Source: Girardia tigrina (lineage: Eukaryota). From it: a DNA stretch of 51,893 nucleotides. Shown in pieces: positions 1 to 10,725 of this stretch. Position 1 is the first letter of the stretch. Every line of letters begins with the position of its first letter. Below the pieces are notes generated by a model. The model saw nothing but the letters and a program-made list of their open reading frames with translations, was not told the DNA's origin and searched no databases. Location of the stretch: contig MQRK01233713.1 in NCBI GenBank assembly GCA_001938485.1, positions 1 to 51,893 on the forward strand, written 5' to 3'. The position numbers were made by a program, and so were the translations under genes.

Positions 1-1
1 T

Positions 2-434
2 TGTCTTTCGAAAATTGAGCCTCGCATCAACCATATTTGCGCGGAAAAGCAATCTCAAATTTCGCATTGATCAAAAATAAAATTTAATTGTATTTGATTC
101 ATTACTTGTTAATAAAAATGTGTAATTGTAATTTTCATTGTAACAGCTGTTTTCTAAAACTATTTGGGAATTTTTTTATCTTTACTAAATTTTTAAAGCA
201 ATCTAAAATATGGAAATATACCAAAAGGTAATAAAAGTAACAATGAAATGACATAGGTTTTTAATTAATTATTTTTTAATTATTTTCATGGTGGTTTTTT
301 CCCCGTGTGTTAAAAGCTACCACGATCCCAAATTTCTTCCAAGATTTTCAACTGTTGATCTTTTATATAGGGGTGCCTCAAGAAAAAAAAATTGGCTTAG
401 GGTTCCGCGATGCGAAAAAGGTTGCCCGACACTG
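2..434 (+). mobile_element. 3' end of a hAT (Buster/Charlie-like) DNA transposon
   Basis: 2..70 reads CLSKIEPRINHICAEKQSQISH*, resembling the Buster/Charlie transposase C-terminus. Terminus ...ggttgcccgacactg at 434 is followed by ctctaaag, an 8-mer with central TA typical of Buster target sites. Confidence 0.7.
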
Positions 435-864
435 CTCTAAAGCCATTTAGATTTACGAGCAGGGGCAACTTTTATTTATTAATCTTGAAAATATGGTGTG
501 GGTAAGATTATCAAATTCTAACAGTGAATCACATTCCTTTTATTGAAAATGAAACAGAAACTAAAATTGCTGGACTAGTGTCACTACTTTAAAATGAAAT
601 ACCATAATTTGCACTAGCTTCAACAGCACAAAAATGCCCTGTTTTGTTATTTAAATATCGTCGAGATACATATGAAATAATACAAATCGCATTGACATAT
701 ATCAAAATTTATAGAAAATTCAAAAAGGCTTTGTGCTGTCTAATTTCAAATCGTTTTGCCTCATTTGGAAGCAGAAACGAGGATCACTTTTCAATTCTTC
801 CTACGAAGTATTAATTATGGATCATAACGCTAATCATTGAAATTGTTAGGTACACATTTTCCTT

Positions 865-1966
865 CGTGGTGTGTTCAATAAGTACACGATCTAAGGTAAA
901 AAATGTAATAGAAACGTTTTTTGTGTGATTAAATATATTAATATAGTTTTTTATTTCAGTAGTTGTTTATTTTATCAAAGCATTCCAATTTTTATTTCGT
1001 CATTGCGATGATTTCCGATGTCGAATATCGAATATCGTTACAAAATTGTTTGTGTTGCAGAAGAATAGGTGCAGTGGAATCTACGATTTTTGCGTCAACT
1101 TACCTACATGACTACCAATCTCTGAACTCATTTAAATATTGGGCCAGAGAGTTTGAAGGTTGTCGCATCTCCGTTTTTGATAAAGAAAAATAAGGTCGGC
1201 CACAAGAAATTTTTGATAGAATTGATGGAAAATTGGAGAATATGGTACAGGAAAAGCATCGAATTACCATGAAAATGTTGTCAACGAAGCTCAACAACAG
1301 TGTCCGTACAACCAACGCCAAATTGAAATCAATTTGTTTCAGAAAATTGTGCTTCAGATTCATACCTCGCTTCTTGACTAGTAAAAGGATTCAAACTCGC
1401 TTGGAGTGCACTCAGAAAAACTTGAACCTGTAGGACCAGCATGGTGAGACTTACAGGGAAAATTTAATTACGGAGGATGAAATCCCACTTAGTATGTATT
1501 TGTCAGAAACAAAGCGTGATTCAGCAGAGTTTAAACTGTCTGGAGAGAAGCCATCTTTAAAGGTGCGAACGGGGATAAGTCATGGACGATCAATTATACT
1601 TTCCATTTTTTGGTATTATGAAGATGGATTTCGCGGATAAAGACAGCACCATCAACGCTGCCTATTACAGCCAACTCGACGCAACCGCCAGAAAGAATAG
1701 ATGGAATCATATGAATACGCCACAATCGTTTCTTCACGACAATGCGATAATGTACATAGCAGACATTTCTTTAGCCACAATTGAAGGTGCTAGACTAGTG
1801 CTAGTGGATCATCCGCCCTACTGCCCAGATTGTGCACCGAGAGATTTTTTCCTTTTCAGACACTTAAAGAAACATTTAAGAGACATCCAGTTTAGATCCA
1901 AAGACAATTTAAATTTCGAGGAGTTCGTTTTCCTTGTCAGACCGGGCACTTTTTGAACGCACCACG
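865..1966 (+). mobile_element. Decayed mariner element
   Basis: Imperfect TIRs: cgtggtgtgttcaataagtacacgatct (865) vs agaccgggcactttttgaacgcaccacg (to 1966, then TA). Transposase fragments KLCFRFIPRFLT, LITEDE, FLHDNA and DHPPYCPDCAPRDFFLF carry stops and frameshifts. Confidence 0.85.
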
Positions 1967-2003
1967 TAATCTAGACAATTTTTTAATTTTATACCAGTTA
2001 TAT

Positions 2004-2008
<5 letters not shown>

Positions 2009-2040
<32 letters not shown>

Positions 2041-2083
2041 TATATATTATACCTAATATTTATATATATATATATATATATAT
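2009..2083. repeat. (TA)n microsatellite, interrupted
   Basis: Visible TA dinucleotide runs. Confidence 0.9.
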
Positions 2084-2597
2084 AAATCTCATAAATACAT
2101 CTGAATAATGGGGTTTGTATGGGGTTCTTCAATCACTTGTTCTTAGATTTTAATGTCTACATTTGAAGATCTGTCACATATTTGAAGGTCTTCAAAACTT
2201 GTCGAAATCTCTAAATTTTCAGAAAAAAATGTACATTGAATATTACTGAGTCTTTCTTTGGGATATATTTTACTTGGATACGTTACCTTTGATACATGAC
2301 CAAATTCGTACAAAGACAGAATACACTATTAATATTTTAAACGTTTCTCATTGAAACTGAAAAAGATAAAATATTTTTTTTAATTTTCCTGAAAATTAAT
2401 CTCGTATATTCAAACTTTAATGACGGATTTGAAGTAATATTTAAATAATCATTGTTGTTTTGAAATACAAATTAAACGTTCCGTATATATAAATGTCTCT
2501 CAAGTGTATTAGAATGGTAATATTTATGTATCAAAGTTGAATAAAATGTATTCTACTGGCGATATACAATTGTTATTTCATTTTTTGATCAATTTAG

Positions 2598-2720
2598 ATT
2601 ACAGAAAGCGAAATCGGTCATTATACGAAACAAGACAACGAGGAGGACCTTCAGGAGAAGACAAATGGGAAAGATCGAGATCAAATGAGTTCTGAATTTT
2701 CAGTTCATCAATCTGAAAGC
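2598..2720 (+). CDS. Host gene exon A (123 nt, phase 0-0): ITESEIGHYTKQDNEEDLQEKTNGKDRDQMSSEFSVHQSES
   Basis: tttag|ATT...AGC|gtaaat; open frame; 69-nt intron to the next exon; ends resemble the 129-nt repeat exon (IGH...FS[VI]HQS). Confidence 0.75.
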
Positions 2721-2789
2721 GTAAATATTTTTTAAAAATAAAACGTATTATATAAAATATAATTAAAATTTCGTTTTGTATTATATTAG

Positions 2790-2918
2790 GGTGCTGACAC
2801 CGGCTATGGTAACTCTAAAGGAAATAAAAGTGAAATGTATCTTTCTGGCGAAGTCAGCGGTAGAGTTCCTGGAGAAGGGAACGAAAGTCCCGATTTTTCA
2901 ATTCACCGAACAGATAAT
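2790..2918 (+). CDS. Host gene exon B1 (129 nt): GADTGYGNSKGNKSEMYLSGEVSGRVPGEGNESPDFSIHRTDN
   Basis: attag|GGT...AAT|gtaatc; open frame; paralogous to B2-B4. Confidence 0.8.
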
Positions 2919-3029
2919 GTAATCAATTATGTTTTATATTTTTTTGACTTATACATGGGGCTTAGAATAAATGTTTAAATTAATAGAAACATGAACAGGT
3001 TTCTATTAAGCTGTTGAGTATCGATCCAC

Positions 3030-3960
3030 AGATTTGGTAGATTTATCTTTTTTGTAAAATAACATTTAAACACGATAAAATAGTTTAACACCAAATGCAG
3101 TTAAGTACATAAAAAGTACTTACACACATACATCCTAGAATTTATTTGAAAAAAACTTATTTATCTTTATAAAATTAAGTGACGTTAAGTAGAGTACCAA
3201 AGTGAGGAGATAGAAGATAGGAGAAAGACAAATGAGCAATTAAATGCAGAAACGTTAATATTTCTGCTCTTCCATAAGATTCAATAGCACGCTACATTCG
3301 TTAATTAATTTAACGATACAGTTTTTTCATTGGATGTATAACACCTAGATTTGCCTGTAGAAATGCTGCTTTTTGTTTAGTCCTGTAGCCTTTCAGAGCG
3401 TCTTAAAGGTTCCATAGACTTGGATGATAGTAGTGAAATAGGGTCAGCTAACCGTAATGCCACTCTTCGACCGCATTATTCGTACGAGCTATACCATCAA
3501 AACCTGCCATATGCTTGTTCCAGATTTGAATGGGATAAAAATCTGGTCCATGAGCTCTACCTTGAAGCCTTCGTCCTCGAACATACGCATCTTCAACGAA
3601 TCTTAAAAGTTCATCCAACTGGTAGAAATCTGGTTTAACCTCTACAAATATATCAAATGCTTCTGGAACATTGTTAGGCTCGACGAAACCTAATGCAGCC
3701 ATTGAACGTATATAAATGTGTATTTCACAGTTATGCTCATATGTGATCTTAAGTCCTTTTTTTGTAACCAGTTGACACAAAAGAAAGTAACAGCCTTATC
3801 TTACACAAAAAAGAAATAAAATTATAAAAACAAAAAGGCAAATCTACCAAGGCTGATCATTTAAAATAAATTTTAATTTTTAAAATTTTAAAATGAACAA
3901 ACCCCAAACCTAAAGATTTTATTTTCCTAATTTATTTTTATATTGACATATTGTACCCTT
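3030..3960 (-). mobile_element. MULE (Mutator-like) transposase remnant, copy 1
   Basis: ORF 3448..3780 contains MAALGFVEP, FVEDAYVRGRR and IWNKH...RTNNAVEEWH, typical of MULE transposase C-terminal regions; near-duplicate at 9440-10400. Confidence 0.75.
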
Positions 3961-4128
3961 ATGTTACATGTGTTTTATATTAAACATTTTTTTTGTATTC
4001 AAATACCATATCGAGACTATCCAGGCAGTTCTTACAATTATGGTATTGTGTTTTTAAACATTCCTAAAAAAATTGTGTTATATAAAAATAATTCAACATA
4101 ATTCAAATTTCTTTATCTATTAAATTAG

Positions 4129-4257
4129 GATATCGATATCGGCCATGACAGCTCTCAAGGAAATAAAACAGACATGTATATTTCTGGCGAAGTCAGTGGT
4201 AGAGTTCCTGGAGAAGGTAACGAAAGTCCTGATTTTTCAATTCATTATTCAGATAAG
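4129..4257 (+). CDS. Host gene exon B2 (129 nt): DIDIGHDSSQGNKTDMYISGEVSGRVPGEGNESPDFSIHYSDK
   Basis: attag|GAT...AAG|gtaatt; open frame. Confidence 0.8.
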
Positions 4258-5334
4258 GTAATTAATTATTTTTCATTTTTTATGACTAATGCATGAGGTT
4301 TAGAATCATTTTCTGTATTCTATTGAAATATCTAGATTACTTAAGTAGTTCATTAACGTTTGAAATTTGGCTGTTAGTGGTTTCTTTGTATGGAACATAA
4401 ATGTTATTGCTTTTTAGACTGTTCTCAATTTGATTTTTTTCACGTAAATTTAGTGGTTGAAATGTTTGCAAAAGTAATAAATTGCTAATAGTTCGTTCTT
4501 TGTTATGTAATAACCTCTTTCGTGTGCTGACATTGTGTGGGATCTGTATGCAATGACCAGCTGCTTGTCTGATTCATCCATCTGCGATAGTACTGCCCCT
4601 ATACTGTCAAAACTAGCGTTTGTATCTAGAATAAACTGTTTTTTGAAATCTGGAAAACTCAATATTGGTGCCGTTATCAATGCTTTCTTCATGTCATGAA
4701 AAGCTATTTCACATGTATCTATCCAAATTATTTTTTATTAATTCGAGCCACACACTCCCTCCAATATTTTTTATCATATCCATTTATAAACCTTCTGTAG
4801 TAATTGCAAATTCCTAGAAAACGTCTTAAATTTTTGGTACATGTGAATCTTTGAAAATTCTCTATTGCTGCTATTTTCTCTGGATCTGTCTGAATTCCTT
4901 ATAATGCGTCCTAAAAATTTTACTTCTTTACATAGTATTTTGTATTTTGATGATTCGATTCTTAATCCTGCTTCTTTTATTCTTTTAAATACTTCTCTAA
5001 CAACGTTATAATGTTCTTCCTTTATGCTTGTTGATATTAATATGTCCAAATAGACTGATAATCCCTTCTTAATCGGTTTTAATACTTTGGTTATTAGTTC
5101 CTGAAATGTACCTAGTGCTGCTGCTATCCAAAATGCATTCGGTTACAGCACAATTGGCTTGATCTAGTGGAAACGGCCGTTCTTTCCTGTGATTCCTTGT
5201 CCGATTTTACTTGGTAGTAAGCGTTTCCTAAGTCTATGGTGCTGAAGTATTTTGTTCCGTGTAGCCTATCCATCATTTCTGCTATGATTGGCATAGGGAA
5301 TGCTTGTCTCTTTGTGATTTGGTTTAACTGTCTG

Positions 5335-6136
5335 TGTAAAAATTACCTAAGGTTCAATTCAATGAACCTGAAGTTATTTTTACACGTTTTATAATTAACG
5401 GAAAAAGTAGTATTTAAGGAATATTTAATTATTTGATTAAAAAACCATAACCGAACGTTTTCACAAACAGATAAATAATAATAAAAAAATAATACAGTTA
5501 AATGTTTTGAAAGGGAATACGATTAATAATCAACAATAGTTACTTTGAGAAAATATCGCGTTCACCAGAGAATGTCTATCGGTTGGAGGTTGTAGGGAAA
5601 AGTTCGATGAGACTCTTTTGTAGATAGGACCAAATGATACGACAATGTCGGATTCGTTAGTTGGATTGATCGAAACGATAATTTTCGGATTTCTTTTCCT
5701 TGAAATTTATGTGATAATCGAATCAGAGGCGGCAACGGAGAATGTTTCTAATAACTGTTGATAAAGAGGTCTTCGGTTACAAGCAAACACAGCAAGACGA
5801 AATTAATTTCAACATTCGGTTAATGGCTACCAAATTTTCAAATTATAATAATTATAGTGATATATTAAATCAATTATTATTGATCCAATATATTTCAAAT
5901 TTTAATTTTAAATTTTTTGGCTTGACTACTTTATGTAGTCAAGCAGTTAATTATAAAAATAATTAATTTTTAATTTCGCTTGACTACTTAATGTAGCCAA
6001 GCATATACTATAATTCTGAGGGGAATATAAATAAATAAAATATAAATAAGAACATAGATAAATAAATAAAATAAGCATATAATATAATAATGACTGAAAA
6101 ATAAATAAATAAAATATAAATAAATAATTTTATACA
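5335..6136. mobile_element. 802-bp probable solo LTR inserted in the Gypsy RT
   Basis: Starts tgtaaaaatta and ends taattttataca (TG...CA, inverted termini). Flanked by a 5-bp duplication GTCTG (5330-5334, 6137-6141). Removal restores RT motif DFRQLN. Confidence 0.85.
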
Positions 6137-7059
6137 GTCTGAAATCCAGACATAGTATGATTTCTTCCTTGTCTTTTTTCCAAACGCATACTATTGGTGT
6201 GTTCCATTGTGAATTGAATGGCCTTATTATACCATTTACCTCTACATTTTTGATTGCTTCTTCCAATTTGTCCTCTAACTGTACTGACTGTCTTCTCGGT
6301 TTTATGTTTATGGGTCCCCTTGTTGTTTCCATCCTGTGTTCTAACAAGTTTGTACTGATGATCTCCCAGTCATTTGCCATGCATATACATTGATATTGGT
6401 GAATTAGTTTCTCTAATGATTTATCTTTTCTTGTGTCAATCATTTTTAATGCTTTATTTCCTCGATTTGCATCGATTTCACATATGTTAATTGTACCCGT
6501 ATCCCGTTATTTATCTTCTTTCCACTGTAGCTCTATTCCAAATTCCTTCATGAATGTCATACCCTCAGTCATGTCTGGTTTTAAATTTTTTACTATCACA
6601 AATCTTATTTTCTCGGATTTTTTCCGATTTTTTACCAGCGTTTCTATTTCTCCTCTAATATATATTTGTAATCCATTTGCGGCTGTTAATCACTGGTTTG
6701 TTTGTATCCATCTTTCTATTATTTTATTTTTTCAGTATTTCCTCAGTTGTTACGTTTAAAGCTACTCCCGTATCTAATAAGCATTCGATTTCTGTGTGAT
6801 CCATCCTAACTGTTATCCTTGGCCGACCATGTAATCAGTTGTATGTAATTGGGATTTTCTCATAATTATTAATTTTCAACAATTCTCTTTCACTGTACGT
6901 TTCCTTTTTTTATGAATTTTACGACTTTCTAACTCGTTTCTGGTTCCTGAGAGAATTTTGGTTCACTCTCACTTTTTATTTTATTTTTATTAATTTTATA
7001 ATTTATACTGTTAAAATCGAATTTATTATTTATTTTATTTATATTATTAAAATTACTAC

Positions 7060-7062
<3 letters not shown>

Positions 7063-7134
<72 letters not shown>
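7063..7134. repeat. (TA)n microsatellite
   Basis: Visible TA run. Confidence 0.9.
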
Positions 7135-7141
<7 letters not shown>

Positions 7142-7387
7142 ATGGTCTGGTTCGTGCATAAGAAAACTTACTCTAATGCCAAGATCGGTTCCTCGTGGCC
7201 TTGGTATGATCCGCTTTTTTCTAGTGTCTCGAGCTTTTCTTTTCCTATCATCGCAATCTGTCTGCCTCTTTTAAACCCTCTTCAGTATTCTTCCGAGTTC
7301 CGGTTTCCTGTAATTCTCTTTTGTCCATTTGGTAAATTTTGCCTCTCTCTTTGAATTCTCCTTTGATAATCTGTTCTCCCTTTATAT

Positions 7388-7598
7388 CGTTTGTTCAAAT
7401 TTGTATAACATTCCTCAGCTCGATGTCTTGAATTTTTAAACCTTCCACATTTTACCTTGCTGTATTTGTGTCGCACATGACCTTCTTCTAAACATGCAAA
7501 GAAGGTCATGTACGACACAAATGCAGCAAGGTAAAATGTGGAAGGTTTAAAAATTCAAGACATCGAGCTGAGGAATGTTACACAAATTTGAACAAACG
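7388..7598. repeat. Fold-back inverted repeat, 100-bp arms, 11-nt loop
   Basis: 7388-7487 is the reverse complement of 7499-7598 with 3 mismatches counted by eye. Confidence 0.95.
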
Positions 7599-8094
7599 TT
7601 CATTACTTTTATGTTCCACATCTTTATACTTCCAACAAGAGATATTGTTGTGCATAGCAGATTATCTTTCGAAGTTATCTCCTTTCCTCGTCATGTCTCT
7701 TGCTGCCATTTTTGTTGTCGATCCTGTTTTGATCGCATCTCTATATGTTGGTCATATTGCGTGCACCGGCTTTTCCATTCTCCGAACTTCGTCTACTTTC
7801 TTAATGACATCCTTCACCTCTGTTATTTCTTTCACTTATCTGAATCTAATCTCCTTCTTCACATCTCTATCTTTTGACCTGTGAATTAGAAGGTATCCTT
7901 CAATTTCTTCCACTGTCCATTTATATTTGCAAGTTTTTCTGCTAGCTTTCTTGCCTTTGTAAAATATTCCTCGGCAGATTCTTCTGACCTTTCAAAGTTT
8001 ATCGCATCCATTAATTTCTACGGATATGCTCTCATATACTGACTGAAGCGCAATTAATAATATCTCTTGGATATTTCTTTATCTATTAAATTAG

Positions 8095-8223
8095 GATATC
8101 GATATCGGCCATGACAACTCGCAAGGAAATAAAAGTGACATGTATATTTCTGGCGAAGTCAGCGGTAGAGTTCCTGGAGAAAGGAACGAAAGTCCTAATT
8201 TCTCAATTCATCAATCAGATAAG
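8095..8223 (+). CDS. Host gene exon B3 (129 nt): DIDIGHDNSQGNKSDMYISGEVSGRVPGERNESPNFSIHQSDK
   Basis: attag|GAT...AAG|gtaatt; open frame. Confidence 0.8.
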
Positions 8224-8339
8224 GTAATTAATTATTTTTCATTTTCATGATTAATACATGAGGTTTAGAATAAATGTTTAAATTAAGATCAACCTGAACA
8301 GGTTTCTATTAACCCGTTGAATATCGAACTATAGATGTT

Positions 8340-9332
8340 GTAATTATCTAGCGAGTGTGATATTGATATGCATTCATTTTACCCGTGTACGATTAGACAT
8401 ATTTTTATTCTTTCTTGTTCTGTTCAAATCTTCAAGAGGAGAAATATATTTTAATTTGTAGATCATTTTGCAAATAGTTTTGTTAAACACCCGAAGCATA
8501 TAAAGATGAAGAATGATCATTTAAGATTTCATTAAAGATTTTGAATATATGTGGTGTGGGACCGGTGTTTTTGGTGCTAATTTTTTATTTTTTATTTTAA
8601 ATAAAATTATTTTATAAAATTGCAAAACATTGCCAGCAACTAATTTTTCGTAATATAAATATCTACTCCTTTGGATTCTTCTTAAACAATCAATAAATTT
8701 CCATAAAATTGAATGTCAGACACTAATTTCAGCATATATTTTTTGTGTGCCGTTTCTGCACAATTATTTGTTCTATCCATTTATACGATCGTTCTATCGC
8801 ATTGGTTCTACAACCCCGAGGAGGAAAAAGAGTAGCATTGCTGATATTTCCTCTTCTCATTGGCCGCCCGACATAATTATCTTCAAACCAATAAAGCAAT
8901 TTACTTAGTTCTTGTGGTAAATCTTCAGACGGGGCACTGACCTAGTTATCTAAATGATCATTAGGTACAAAACACATTGTAACTACCATTTTAACTCTCA
9001 AAGCAAAATCAGGTTTGAATTATATACTCTCTGCAATCCAATCCGTTTTACTTGTTTACTTTTTTGTCATAAAATACATAAATAAGTAATAAATTGTTAA
9101 AGTCATTATAAATTTGGTTACCATAAACAGAAATATATTTCAAATTATTTATCATTAGTCTAAACTTTTCTTATAATAAAATATAAAAAATATTCAGCAC
9201 CCAAAGTTATGTGGCCAATACAATCGTCGATAAAAAACGTCACCAAATACGAAGCCAAAAAAATTGTGCCAAATAAAACGTTGCCAAAATAAACGGTGCC
9301 AAAAAGCCTCGGCACCCAAAATCACTGTACCC
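8340..9332 (-). mobile_element. Second MULE-family remnant with repeat-rich terminus
   Basis: Minus-strand WFEDNYVGRP (~8860-8890) and VVTMCFVP are MULE-like; the terminal region 9195-9332 is built of tandem (g/t)ccaaaa units, as in MULE TIRs. Confidence 0.55.
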
Positions 9333-9337
9333 ATATG

Positions 9338-10400
9338 GTGTACATTTCGTTCATCTCTCCTTCGTTCATCCTTCCTTTGTTCATCCAAAACTCGTTCATC
9401 CAGCCTACATTCGCTCCACATTTATTTTAAAGGACCAGCTTTGGTAGATTTATTTTTTATGTTTTTACTAATTTCTTTTTCACTTTTTTTGTGTAAGATA
9501 ATATTTAAACACGACAAGATAGTTTAACGCAAAATGCAGTTAAGTACATAAAAATAGTTACACATATACATCCTAAACTTAATTGAAAAACTTATTTATC
9601 TTAATAAAAGAAAGTGAAGTTCAGTAGAGTACCAAAGTGAGGAGATTGAAGTTAGGAGAAAGACAAATGAACAATTAAATGAGAAACGTTAATATTTCTA
9701 CTCTTCCATGGGATTCAACAGCTACACTCGTTCATTAATCTATCGATGCAGTTTCTTCATTGGACGTAGAACACCTGGATTTGCCTGTAGAAATGCTGCT
9801 TTCTATTTAGTCCTGTAGCCTTTCAGAGCGTCTAAATGGTTCCATAGACTTAGAAGGTAGTAGTGAAAAATGGTCTGTAAATCGTAATGCCACTCTTCGA
9901 TTGCATCATTCGTACGAGCTGTACCATCAAAACCTGCCATATGCTTGTTCCAGATTTGAATGGGATAAAAATCTGGTCCATGAACTCTACCTTGAAGCCT
10001 TCTTCCTCGAACATATGCATCTTCAAAGAATGTTAAAAGTTCATCCAACTGTTAGCAATCTAGTTTAACCTCTGCAAATATATCAAATGCTTCTGGAACA
10101 TCATCAGGTGGGATGAAACTTAATGCAACCATTGAACGTATATAAATGTGTATTTCATAGTTATGCTTATATGTGATCTTCAGTTTTATTTCGTAAGAAA
10201 CGTTGACTCAAAAGAAAGTAACAGCCTTATTTTACACAAAAAAGAAAAAAATTAAAAAACCAAAAAGGTAAAGCTACCGAAGCTGCTTCTTTAAAATAAA
10301 TTAAAAATGAACGAACGCGGGATAAAGGAACCCAAAACCTAAACACTTTATTTATCTACTATATTTTTATGTAGACATATTGTATGTATATGTTATGTTA
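9338..10400 (-). mobile_element. MULE transposase remnant, copy 2, with tandem-repeat terminus
   Basis: ORF 9803..10048 contains FFEDAYVRGRR and RTNDAIEEWH; aligns by eye with 3030-3960; 9345-9420 is tandem cgttcatcc units. Confidence 0.75.
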
Positions 10401-10596
10401 CATTTATGTTACATAATATATATTATGTTACAATTATGTTACATTTATTTTACGTTAAACATTTATTTTTGCATTCAAATACCTAAGACCAAGGCAGTTC
10501 ATACAATTCTGGATTTGAGTTGTAAACATTCTTAAAAAATCGTGTTATATAAAAACATATTAAACATAATTCACATTTCTTTATTTATTAAATTAG

Positions 10597-10725
10597 GATA
10601 TCGATGTCGGCCATGGCAGCTCTCAAGGAAATAAAACAGACATGTATATTTCTGGCGAAGTCAGCGGTAGAGTTCCTGGAGAAAGGAAAGAAAGTCCTGA
10701 TTTTTCAATTCATCAATCAGATAAG
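10597..10725 (+). CDS. Host gene exon B4 (129 nt): DIDVGHGSSQGNKTDMYISGEVSGRVPGERKESPDFSIHQSDK
   Basis: attag|GAT...AAG|gtaatt; open frame. Confidence 0.8.

Larger units (their letters stand above)
4308..8050 (-). mobile_element. Truncated Ty3/Gypsy LTR retrotransposon (gag zinc knuckles, protease, RT, RNase H), pseudogenised
   Basis: Degenerate gag knuckles FACLEEGHVRHK and CGRFKNSRHRAEEC; protease IECLLDTG (~6760-6790); RT CLDFR|QLNQIT and YLDILI; RNase H FILDTNASFDSIGAVLSQ...ELLAI. Confidence 0.9.

Noticed and set aside
493-501. ATG GTG TGG|gtaaga as a phase-0 first coding exon (MVW)
   Set aside because: Only 9 nt and easily arises by chance; no supporting evidence.
6929-7159. ORFs with IYIYIY tracts (also 16455, 40817)
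   Set aside because: Translation of (TA)n microsatellites.
2790-10725. Regularly recurring repeats as a CRISPR-like or prokaryotic system
   Set aside because: Repeats are 129 nt, kb apart, bounded by GT/AG and coding; context is eukaryotic with no cas or operon structure.
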